DNA of 64,000 nt from Squalus acanthias (lineage: Eukaryota): positions 6,448,001-6,512,000 of the forward strand of contig CM059433.1 of NCBI GenBank assembly GCA_030390025.1, given 5' to 3'. A program made the position numbers and the translations under genes. Below the pieces are notes generated by a model. The model saw only the letters and a program-made list of their open reading frames with translations. It made no database searches and was not told the DNA's origin. Shown here piece after piece: positions 36,129 to 47,643 of this stretch (positions are counted from its first letter, which is position 1; each line of letters starts with the position of its first letter).

Positions 36129-36299
36129 TCTGATTGTCTCATGATTTGAGACGGTGGGGTAGGAATATGACATTACTGTAAATATGCTTTTAAGTGGTTG
36201 CTGTTGCTGCTGTTGTTGTAAAATTTGCCCACAGATGGAGAGGTCGTGCTCCAAGGAGTCCGTGGCCCACTCAGTGCAAAAAAAATTAGAGGGAACATC

Positions 36300-37209
36300 A
36301 GTGGTGACTTTGCCAGCCACTGGTAAGGTGTGTCCACCAAGTCCTCTGGGCAGCAGGTCTTGTTCCAGCAAGCTACAAATGTCTGCCACGACCTGGCGCG
36401 ATAGCCTGAGCCTCCTGAGGCACTGCTGCTCGGTCATGCCCAGGAAGCTCATCCTCTCCCTGTACACCCTGTGTTGGGGGCATCGCCTCCGGCGCAGTGC
36501 TGCCCTGCGCTGACCCCCTCTCTCCTATGAAGCATCAGATCGTTGAGGAGAAGGCTGGTGTTGTGGCTGCTGCTGCTGGTGTGGCTGGTGTTGTTGGTGC
36601 TGGGGCTCATCTTGGTCTGATTCTGAGGTCCAAGGTGAGACAGTATAAGCGGCACCCATGCTGATCTAATAGATACCAGGTAAAGTGGAGCTCAGAGGCA
36701 CAATCCTCCAATGTACTGACAGTGACTAGCAATGTGGTGAGAGTGACTTCCGAGGTTGCAGAAATGACCTGCAAACTGCTGACAGCTAAATCTCTGCACA
36801 AAATGGTGTCTGCAAGAGCCTTTCCATTAGCCAAGTAATCAGGTGTAATGTGGGAGCATTTGTGTGTTTTTTCCAGCTCTCAATTAATGGACTCGCACAA
36901 TGGCCACTGAGCTCCCGCCTCCCCCTCACAGGTGAGGTTCCCGAGGTGCGTGAATCCCGTGCGCAACAAGTTAAAGCCCAAACCTGCTGTTAAAAAGCCT
37001 CTTAACGGTCTCTCAACAAGCGTTTAAGTACTTCAATGAGGTCGCCCGCCTCTCCCGAGCGGGTCCGCGGTGCCCTGGGAAACCAGCCCGAGTTAAATGC
37101 AGAAGTCGGCGGGATGACGGTGGGTTCCTGATGCGCTGGCAACTTCGGCAATTTTTACTGCTGACCCGCCCCCAAACCCGCACGCTCAGGACTGGGAAAA
37201 TTCCGGCTA
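36300..37209 (-). mobile_element. Harbinger element end with HARBI1-type transposase N-terminus
   Basis: [45 protein letters not shown]. Terminus agccggaattttcc on the minus strand. Confidence 0.82.
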
Positions 37210-37361
37210 TAGAGAAAGCTAGGGGTGGGGGGGGGTGGGGCAGAGGCAAACAGGGAAAATTTGAGGATTTACAATGCTAGGAACAGTGGAATATAATGCA
37301 CCCCAAATACATTTGGTGTTGGATGGTGCAACCCCATCGTAGCCCCAGTTGTTGTATACAT

Positions 37362-38159
37362 GAGGGTGATTTTGCCAATGGGGGCGCGTTGGAGGCGGGA
37401 CTGCTGCTTGTCAGGGTTTCAGTCCCGCCTCCATCGACTTGTGGCCAACCCACGCTATTTTCCCTTGATTGACCTTGTTAAGCCCGCCCAGCGGGCTTAG
37501 CAGGCCAATTAAGGGGAAGCTGGTTACAGAGAACGTCAGCGTATGACGTTTCATCTGTCAAAAATTTTTGACAGATGAATTGTCATCGTTTGACAGCTCT
37601 GTGAAGCTGTCAAACACTGACATTCTCTGTAGTTTGATGAGTTCTTGTATTCAAGACTCACCAAACCTCTTCCTTTAGCAGAAATTAGATGGTTGTTGCA
37701 TTAGAGAATGAAGCGGCCATCTGTCATCTCTACCGCGGAGGTGCGAGACTCTCCGCATCCCCAACGATTGAAGCCTGCAGGAAGAAACAAAGGTAAGTAA
37801 ACATTTTCTAACACTTTCCACTCACCTCACATACTCACCTCTCCACACTTGCACCCATCACTCACCTCCACAGCACGCTTTTGGACTCCTCCGACCCCCG
37901 CAGACCCACTGCTCGCCTCGGTGACCCTGGCGGGGTTTCCCGACGTCGGGAAGCTCGCGCCTCTGGTGGAAAAATGGGGATAATCCTCTTAACTGCCTGT
38001 TAACTACCTGTTAACAGGCAGTCAAGTGGCTATAATCCCCTTCCCGCCTCCAGGAGACGGGACCCGGCGCGGGTCGGCTACCCGCCTCCTGGCAAGATGG
38101 CACGGAGGCGGGTTGGGGGCCTCCAAACCCGCCTCCCCAGGGCTGGCAAGATCGCCCCC
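37362..38159 (+). mobile_element. Harbinger-like MITE family T (structured core), copy 1
   Basis: TIRs gagggtgattttgcca / tggcaagatcgccccc, 3-bp TSD CAT, colinear with 62912-63747. Confidence 0.88.
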
Positions 38160-39017
38160 CATGTCTCAATACAGTTCCTGCGGGATGAGATCCTACATCA
38201 CAAAAACTTCCTACAGCATGGCACAGTTTATCAGTCTCACTTAGACTGGTGTTAAGGTACCTTGCTGGGCAGAGTAGAGAAAGTTTATTCTGCATCTAAA
38301 CTGTGATATACCTGATCTGGGAGTAGCTGATAAATGCAGTGATGCCAACACATTAGAGTTGCCTTAATGAGCACAGGAATTCACCAAAAACGTAACATTT
38401 AGCGTTACATATAAAATAGCTAATTTCCTGTTGCATTCCTTACAGATAGTCTAGGATCTGGTTTCATAGTTCTGATGTTCAGCTGCTGAGATGGAGCAAT
38501 GTATAACCCGGCTTGTCACTTTAAGGCAGGATTGTGGAATAATGTTGCTGAGGATCTGTTCAGCAGCAGGGGAATGGCAGGAGCTTTGCTCAGAAGGTGG
38601 AAAATCCCTCTCGGGCTGACCCCACATCCGTAAAACCCAGCCACCCTGCTCAAATCACTACAGGTATGTTAGATGAGCTCACACAGCCACTGGTGGTATC
38701 TGCAGTTGCAGGGGTCATCTACTAACCCAGCAAAAGGAGATACTGGGCCACCTTCATTGCCACAGGGAGCCAGTGGTACCGAGTACCTTGCTTTCCACTC
38801 CCACCGAGGAACCACTTAGAAGGAACACTAGTTTAAGAAGTGGAAGAGGGATACCACATCCTTTCACTGAAGGGAAGTATTAGGGGAAACCACAATGAAC
38901 ACACCTGCACCACATATTATCAGGGTAAATAAAATATGGTTTAAATGGTACACCATTGTGTTTAGAAAGTTCATTTGGGATAGGGCAGAATAAGATAAAT
39001 GTGCAAAAGTGCTGTTC

Positions 39018-39285
39018 TAAGAACATAAGAAATAGGAGCAGGAGTCGGCCATGCGGCCCCTCGAGCCTGCTCCGCCATTCAATAAGATCATGGCTGATCA
39101 TCGACCTCAACTCCACTTTCCTGCACTATCCCCATATCCCTTGATTCCCCTAGAGTCCAAAAATCTATCGATCTCAGCCTTGAATATACTCAAAGACTCA
39201 GCATTCACAGCCCTCTGGGGCAGAGAATTCCAAAGATTCACAACCCCCCTGAGTGAAGAAATTCCTCCTCATCTCAGTCTATTAA
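39018..39285 (-). mobile_element. CR1 3' fragment
   Basis: (aagaacat)n tail and CR1 3' UTR. Confidence 0.9.
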
Positions 39286-39699
39286 TGAGTGAAGCTGTGG
39301 GCAATGGCAGTCATGGTTCAGGTTGCCAAGGTATGGGCAAGTGTACAGATGACTGTTGAGTATTGGACATTTGAGGCACTCAGGTGAATGTGTGCACAAA
39401 TACGTCATCTATGGTCAGAGTTGCCTTCCATGTCTAGTTGTCACTGCCTGCTGTCTCCTGCAAGCTCCATGGTGAGGGCCCTTTGCCAAGCTAAGTTGTG
39501 TAAGAAACAACAGGCAACAATAATTTTGAACACCTTGGATGGGCATTACTGCATCACTCCCTTTAATCAGTCCAGGCATCTGAATCTTTGTTTAAGGAAG
39601 CTGTGGGGAGCTCCACCAAGACCCTGGCAGCAGCCTATGTCTTATTATATTGCTCTTCAGATCATTGGGTGCTTCACTGGAGTAAAAAAACATTTCTGT

Positions 39700-40112
39700 T
39701 TTATTCATTCTTGGGATGTGGGCGTTGCTGGCGAGGCCGACATTTATTGCCCATTCCTAGTTGCCCGTGAGAAGGTGGTGGTGGGCCTTCTTCGAGAACT
39801 CAGAGGGTGGTGAACCTGTGGAACTCATTGCCACAGAGGGCAGTGTACGCCAGCTCATTAAATATATTTAAGAGGGAATTAGATATATTTCTACAGGCAA
39901 AAGGGGTTAAGGGTTACGGAGAGAAGGCGGGGACGGGATACTGAATTGGAGGATCAGCCATGATCTCATTAAATGGCGGAGCAGGCTCGAAGGGCCGGAT
40001 GGCCTACTCCTGCTCCTATCTTCTATGTATCTATGTATCTATGTAACTGCTGCAGTCCAAGTGCTGAAGGTACTCCCACAAAGCTGTTAGGTAGGGGGGT
40101 TCCTGGATTTTG
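39700..40112 (-). mobile_element. 3' tail of the second LINE family, interrupted by a plus-strand CR1 tail (about 39798-40044)
   Basis: attcattcttgggatgtgggcg..gagaaggtggtgg resumes as actgctgcagtcc..gaaggtactcccaca after the CR1 tail. Confidence 0.8.
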
Positions 40113-40674
40113 TCCCACCAACAGCCTTGGTCTTCCAGCAGTCATCCATCATCCGGTCTTCCTGGCTTTGGAAATAATGCTGGGATCATAGACTGGCATA
40201 AAATGACTGAATTATGGCAGCTGCATGGGGTAACAGGCATTCGCATGCGTGAATGTGTATCTGTGGTTACAGACCACCGGCACATCAGTGGAGTGGAATC
40301 CCCTTCAATTCATGAAGTCCTTGGCGTGCCAATAATTGCCTCCTGTAATAAATCATTCCATTACAAGAATTTTCAATTGTTAAATTGGACATGTGAACTC
40401 TTCTGATTAGTTTGCCTGCGCTGGCATTTTCTACAGTTTATAGTCATTGTATTATAAGCCACTCATTTGCAAAGTTTAAGTGACTCATTTTTGTTGTTAA
40501 GTGGCTAAATTTAGGTAATTTCCCAGTTTAATTTACCATTAGATTACTTAATTTACTAGCAACAGTAAATGAACATGTGGTTGATCAGAAAATGAATTTT
40601 TCATTAGGCAATAACTGAACAAGTTTACTATTCAATCTCTGCCAAAAAAAAAACGTCATAACACCTATCACAGT

Positions 40675-40945
40675 ATCAGTTTAGCTCAGTCAGTAGAATT
40701 GTTGCTTCAGAGTCAGAAGGTTGTGGGTTCCAAGCCCCACTCAGCAGCAACTAATCTACGTACACACTCCATTGCAGTTCTGAGGGAGTGCAGTTTTGAT
40801 ACTGGTGCAATTCTTCCGATGAAATTTTAAACCAAAGCCTTGGCGGCCTGTTTAAATGGTTCAAGGGGACATGAAAGGTCCCATGATATTATTTAAAGAG
40901 CACCAGGGAATCCTGACCAACATTCCTCTTCTGGCCACCATCACA
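40675..40945 (+). mobile_element. Old diverged DeuSINE
   Basis: tagctcagtcagtag..gagtcagaaggttgtgggttccaagcccc..tgagggagtgc..gatgaaattttaaacc. Confidence 0.65.
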
Positions 40946-41204
40946 AAACATTAAAAAGATGTGAAAGTGCTGGCCTTGCGAACCTGTTTCGATGCTAGAA
41001 AATACTACAACTGATTCCCTATCCTATCCTGGAAGGAAGTAGAGGCAGAAAAGTTGAGGTGAGTGATGACCTTGTTTGCCACCGAAGACGCTACCACACA
41101 GCAGGATTCCAGCGGGGACTCTGCAAGATAGCTTGCTCACGAAACTCCTGTTCCCTACCCACCCATATTGTGCCAGGAAATTTCCTCAAGGAGTTAAAGA
41201 CCAT

Positions 41205-42075
41205 GGGGGAGAAATTCGGAATCGCCCCGTTTGGGGCGCAATTATCGGCCGGGCGCAAAGTTTATCACCTGGCTCTAATTACTGCCTCCGACTGCAAACT
41301 TGGCTTCTATCGCCCCTGGAGGTGATTGGAGCGCTAAATCAGGCGCTACACACCTCTCTTAAGGCGCTAACGCCGAGGAGCACTGGTGAAGCTCATGTGA
41401 TGTCAGTCAGCAATGGAACACAGACACACTGGCGCTGGCCAGTTCTTAAAGGGGAGGGTCGATCTTGCTCTCCATCTACACCCTGCTCATTGCAGCCTTG
41501 AATCTCGGCCTGGAGAGACCTGTACATCAAATCTGCTGGAAAGAACAATAGAGAGGCCCAGGGAAAGAGCTTAGAGTGCAGCCCCCATAGTCTCTTCTAA
41601 ATCGATGCAAGGAAGGTCAAATCAAAATGAACCTGCAAAGTGCTGCTCAGTACCCAAAACTCCTTCACACAGCATTGAATCTCTCCAGAAGTCTCTCTCT
41701 CTCTCTCTCAGAATGTGTGGTGCAAAAATGTCACCGACAAAAAAAGTCAGGAAGTGGTGGCCTTTGAAAAGCGCACCCCCAGTCCCTTCCCAACTGCAAA
41801 ACGTTCCCCTCAACCTGTCATTGCTAGCGGCAGGCGGTAAGGCAGGGGGTGCCACTCAATATCCGGTCTGAGGCGCTACCGGGGCGTTGCACGCTCGACT
41901 GACGTCACGATCTGCCGGCGCAGGAGATCGTGGCGGTAGTGTTTAGCGCCGCCGCAAAATGTCTGGTCAATTCCGCGAGCAGCGCAAACATTGCCGCGCC
42001 CGGGCGCTAGTTGCTTTGGGACCCATTAGCGCCCTCTTATAACGGGAGGCGCAAAACAAACCGAATTTTTCCCCC
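41205..42075 (+). mobile_element. MITE family M, complete copy
   Basis: TIRs gggggagaaattcgg / ccgaatttttccccc. 3-bp TSD CAT (41202-41204, 42076-42078), the length expected for PIF/Harbinger. Confidence 0.9.
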
Positions 42076-42189
42076 CATGTTTGTGAGAGCTAGCCTCTTT
42101 AGACTCTCCTTTGTGACAATGCTTGATAATGCAACAGAAGGCCCAAACATGGATGCTCGTATCTCCGTCTGCACATCTTGGTAGCTCTT

Positions 42190-42900
42190 GGAGTCGACTA
42201 CAAACTTTGACAAAGATCACAGAGTAGGTCATGTGTGACCATTTGCTTGCATATCACTGCACTCTAGAGGAGCATATTAACGAGGATCTGCAGGTCATTA
42301 TCAACTGATTTACCAAAGTGGAAGACAATTATGGTCTTTTCATAAGCCTGGTATCACCCAGTTCCAGGAGAGCACTACATCAAACTAACATCATTGGTGA
42401 TGGTGAACTAAATGCTGTCAGATAGTTCACTTATCTGGGCAGCATGTTATCAAATGGTGCAATAATAGATAAAATGCTCTCACGAATCAGAAAGTTCAGC
42501 CGTGCATTTTGGAAGACTGAAAAAGTGAGTCTGGAACCAGCATGAGTTCAAGCTCACAACAAATCTGAAAGAGTAAGGATTACTGCCATTCTGTATGGAT
42601 GAGTCCCCTGGATGCTGTGACCTTTGGCTGTTTGACAAGTTCCAACACCTGCGGTTCATTTTTCACATCAAGTGGCAGGACATAATTACCAACTGTGAGG
42701 TCCTTGAGTGCATTGAGGCCATGCTTTTAAGAGCACAGCTTCTCTGGTCAGAGTATGTCCTCTGCGTGGAAGACTTCAGAATGCCAAAATTTTTTTTTTG
42801 TATAGCAAGCCAAACAGAAGCAGGGTAGGCACATAAGGACACATTCAAGCACAAACTCAAGCGATGCAATATCAGTGTTGACAGCAGGGAAAATCTTGCA
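42190..42900 (+). mobile_element. Degraded RTE-type LINE RT C-terminal region
   Basis: FTYLGS (ttcacttatctgggcagc), AFGRL-like, LYG.E, IKWQDIITNCEVL..LLRAQLLWS..EDFRMPK. Confidence 0.72.
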
Positions 42901-43545
42901 GCTCACTGTAAGTTCTGGCAAGCAATTACAGCCAATACAGGCATCACTGTGCTAATCTCCTGAATAATAAATGGCAATAGCAGAAACATGAATAGTAGCA
43001 GCATGTTGACCCCAAATAGATCATTTGGGTCGGTATATGTGGGAAAGTTTACCTGCGTCATATAGTAGTCATCAACACAGTCACCAAGACTGATTCATTC
43101 TCCAACAAGGGCTGTTACCTTCAATTAGGAAGGACTATCACCACAGTACAACAACACAAAAACTTACAACATACTCCTTCTCATACTAGGGACATTTATT
43201 TATCTCTTCAACCATTATTCTGTACTCCCTCTTAATAGAGAAACAACAACCACTAGCAGGAACCTCAGGCATTATATTCAACCCATTTTTTCCAAGAGTG
43301 TTTCTCTTAATATGCCATTATCAACACAGCACTCCCACCCACAAAGTCCGCTACTTATTCTATGACACAATGTTACTACATCATTTAGTTTCCTTTCCTC
43401 AGTCTCTAGGCCTGGTGAGAAAATTGGCCGCAGACCAATGGTTTTCTATTCCACCAATAGCTAATATTTTTTTGCATAATTTACTGTTGTTCTTACTCTT
43501 TAGTTAAATAAATTGCTGATTTCAGTCCCTTTTCGTCCACACTGA

Positions 43546-45260
43546 GGGCTGGATTTTGCCGGCGCTCAGAGAGCGGGTTTGGAGGCGGGTCCGCTGTCAA
43601 AATAGCAAAGATTGACAGCGGGCAGGAAACCCGCCGTCAACCCGCCTCCACGCGAGTCTCCCAGGTGTCGGGTCTGTCTGCGCAGAACTGACCCGACACC
43701 AAGCGGCGGGGGAGACAATTCAGGTCATTAAATGGCTTGTTAACAGTCAATTTAATGCTATTTTGAGGCTACCTTGTAATTTTACGTGCTCGGGGAACAT
43801 GCCAGCTCACCCTGTCGTGTGTTGAGTCTGCTCTGATTTATTTGATAACCTGAAAGCTGCAGAAGTGGTATAAAGGATGCCATGTTGCAACTGTTCAGTT
43901 TCAGAGCTCAGAAACTGTTGGTTACTGCAGTTGTAATACATATAGAGATTTCTTTATCTTGCAAGTGTTGAGAGCCAACTGTATATCCAGTGCCACCTCA
44001 TTGGAACAATCTCTCTCACCATTCACAGATCACTTCTGTCATCTCACCTGCAGCTGCCATCTATTGCAGCAACATCGGTGCCCTAGAAAAAATCTCACCT
44101 TGCTCATCTGAATCCTTCCACGATCAGCCCCAACACCAACATCACCAACAACAACCTTCTCCGCCATCACCCAATGCTGCACAGGACACAGGGCATCAGC
44201 CCCTGACAACATTGCTGCCCTGGGAGGCCATTGCCAGATTTACTTCACTGGACGCTATACACCCTGGCTGCCACATGATGCGCCAGGTTGACACCATCCC
44301 ACACCAGCACCATAAAGCATCCCTATAATGTCCAAGCCATTCCTTTCACACTCATCACAATAGCCGGGCGGGGGGGGGAAGTTATGTCTCAACATTCACT
44401 GGAACTCACTAAGACACTTCTCAAGGTGCGAACTGATCTGTCCAATAAGGCAAAGTGTTGAAAATATAGATTTCAATGGATGACAACACATTAACAGAAA
44501 CTTCACATGAACATTGGCTAAACCTCTCAAGTGCCTACCCTTGTGTGTTGTTAGTTGGTATGCTTGCAGTAGGATGAGGGTGAGTGTGAGGGTTGGCTAG
44601 TGAGATGGGGAAGTGATAATATAGATAGAGAGAGATGGGTGGAGGTGCAAGGTAAGTTGGTGTGAGTAAGGATGTGTAGGAGTAGGGAAGGCAGAGTGAT
44701 GGGGTTGTGATGTGTGGCACAGCAGGATCAGGTTGAGTGTGGCTTTGCAGTAACGTTTCGTGATCTACTGAGATCATTGAAAGGTTGGTGCCACTGCAGC
44801 CTGGTCCTCCTGATGACATCCCTGCTTGTGCCCTCCTGTGCAATGTGCAACCAGGCTGCGTTGGTCTCCTGGGGAGGTCTCTTCCGCCCATTGGAAGGGA
44901 AGAGAACCTCCCTGCGTGCTGTGACTCCCTCCAGAGTCCTGCTGGAGCCTGGGTGTAGCCGTGCACCTCTGTGCAGTGCTTGTCAGTGTTTGCAGCACCT
45001 CAATGCTGTAGAACACTGACAGCACAACAGTCAAAATCAAGTGGCCGTCATCCCTTTAAGGAAACTGGCTGATGACGCGTCATCAAATTACATCATCAGA
45101 CCCGCTTCCTGTGAATTGGCTGGGAGCTCCGCAGGGCGGGCTTAACAAGCCCAATCTACGGAAAATAATTTTCAGAGAGCGGCTGCAGACGGGAGCGGGA
45201 CCGGAACCCACCAACCAGCTCTCCCGCCGCCATCCCACCTCCGCAGGGAAAATCCAGCCC
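43546..45260. mobile_element. Complete non-autonomous Harbinger derivative
   Basis: TIRs gggctggatttt / aaaatccagccc, TSD TGA (43543-43545, 45261-45263), minus-strand Myb exon relic at about 44750-44990. Confidence 0.9.
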
Positions 45261-45356
45261 TGAGTGTTGAGCTTTCTAACAATGCGACTGTATTTTCTGT
45301 TTTTCCAAGTTATAGCTGCTGGAAAGTAATGGAGAGGCAACTCCAGCTGTATTGAA

Positions 45357-45455
45357 ATAAAAACAGAAAATGCTGGAACTACTCAGCAGGTCAGGCAGCA
45401 TCTGTGGAGAGAGAAACAGAGTTAACGTTTCAGGTCGATGACCTTTCGTCAGAAC
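45357..45455 (-). mobile_element. Minimal (about 100 bp) PLE family A terminus with hammerhead motif
   Basis: 14-bp TSD ccagctgtattgaa (45343-45356, 45456-45469). Hammerhead motif at 45420-45455. Confidence 0.88.
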
Positions 45456-46059
45456 CCAGCTGTATTGAAGTTGGCTCTACTTAGTGGCTCATTTGATTCA
45501 GCCAATTAGTGTATATCCTGCTCCAAATTTGCTGGGGTGTTTGAGGCCAAGTTTCACTTGTGTATTGAGTCATTGAGTTTTTTGCTTTTGCCTGTACTAA
45601 TTAACTAATGCTCATATCCACTCAACAAGCAGCTCCGGACTGTAACGTGAATAATGATGGGTTTAGGCTGCAACATCCCACAGTAGCTAAATTTTAATAT
45701 TTGCTGTTTTAAAACACTCAAAATATTTTGGCAGGATGCCAGGAAAAGGCACCGGTTTCTGTCAAGTGATTTTGTGCCATTTTAGAAAGAATTGCGTTAC
45801 CCTGAACACGTCAATTTTCTTCCCAGATGTCACGTCTTCTGTTGTTACTAAGCCGAGGAAGCTAATCTTATTTTATCTATTAGTTCGAGCTGCCGAAGAA
45901 TACTGCAAGACGCGTTTTAGTTTTTTCTTTCTAAATATTCTGGCAGTTGCATGCTTTGGCCATTCTTCATGTGCGTGCCTTGACAATGAGCATCAGAGGG
46001 TCATTCGAATGTGCGGGTTATCAGCGCCAGACTAAACTCTGCATTCATCCAATCCCTAT

Positions 46060-46124
46060 AAACATGGACTTTCCAGCATGCGTCACTGGATAGCAATCAC
46101 AGGCAGGGAACTGGCTGATCTTTT

Positions 46125-46162
<38 letters not shown>

Positions 46163-46305
46163 CCAAGGGCATTCCAGCCAGTTAGAGAGCCGAGAGCTGT
46201 CCTGCTGAGGTCAGCAGAGAGTTCGGATTGAACCTGGAACCTTCCTGGTATGCACGCCTCTGTATCTTACTGGGTGGTGCATTTACTAATTGAGCCATTG
46301 AGGAA
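46060..46305 (-). mobile_element. Old tRNA-derived SINE containing a (CT)n microsatellite
   Basis: Minus-strand tggctcaattag (A box) and caggttcaatcc (B box). (CT)n at about 46129-46159. Confidence 0.55.
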
Positions 46306-46787
46306 AACACGCTCGTGTTTAGGTGAGTTCTTGACAGAAGGACCTGCTGTTATATTTTTCTCTCACTGAAAGGAATGGCAGTGTTTCACGCTGGCACCAT
46401 TTCGAAGCAAACTATTAGGAGGCTCTCATTCACAAAATATGTTTGCATTGTCTATTGACATTACTTCAGCCCATTGGCCTCCAGTGAGTTTTGTTTTTCT
46501 ATCACATCATTTGTTCCAGAATACAGAAAATTCTGATTTAAACCATCTTAGGCTGTATTTATTTGTACTGCAGTTACAATATGGTGCAATATGGGTTGTG
46601 CCAGGCAGTACCCTATTTGCACCGCCTCTTGTTTGAGTGGAACTTCAATCACCCTGCCCAGGAGAGAGCTCTGGCTAAGGCTGGTTACGCTCATCCAAAG
46701 CTCCTCTCACCACAGTTAAAATTTAAATGTTTAAAGACACCAAGCAAGGAATTCCCGCTTTCAACATTTAAAATTGTCAAATAAGTT

Positions 46788-47062
46788 TTAAGAACATAAG
46801 AACATAGGAAATAGGAGCAGGAGTAGGCTATACGGCCCCTCGAGCCAATAAGATCATGGCTGATCTTCAACCTCAACTCCACTTTCCCGCCTTGATTCCC
46901 CCAGAGTCCAAAAATCTATCGATCTCTGTCTTGAATATACTCAACGACTGAGCATCCACAGCCCTCTGGGGTAGAGAATTCCAAAGATTCATCACCCTCT
47001 GAGTGAAGAAATTCCTCCTCATCTCAGTCTTAAATGGCCGACCCCTTATCCTGAGACTGTGA
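46788..47062 (-). mobile_element. CR1 3' fragment
   Basis: (aagaacat)n tail and similarity to 39018-39285. Confidence 0.9.
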
Positions 47063-47643
47063 AATTCGAGTAGGCCAGAAACCTGCCGGTAACAGCGCCG
47101 GCCAAGGCTAACGGCTGCCCGCAGAGAGAGTGAGCAGGCAGCAACCGGTGTTTTAGTGCTGCCTGCTGATTAACATCGGGGGCGCGGAGAATTTGTGGTG
47201 TAACGTGCTCCTTCCGGCGCTAAGCTCAGCAGGAGGCCGAAGGTCATGTCTGTGTCCCACTTGCATTTAAGGAGAACGAGGGACAAAGGAGTGAACCTGT
47301 AGACCATGTACAGATCAGCTGCCATATTTGTTGCAATAAGTTATCTGCCACCCGCTCACCAATCAATGTTGCAGCATGGCATTCAGCTCTTGTGGAGAAG
47401 GTTCCCTCTTGTTTAAAGCGCATCAAAGTGACACAAGCAAAGCTCCAGAACCGATCGATGGAAGTCATCTTTTAAATCAGCTCAGGCACCGGCTCGCAAA
47501 ATTTCTGCAGATCGAAAAAGGGTTCGGAAACCTGTTTATTCATTTGTCGACTGCGCCAGGGAAGTCTGTGTTTTGATTGGACTTCAGGTTTTACGGGATC
47601 GGAGGAGAAGGGGGGATGGTGTGGGTGTACAACAGGGCAAATT

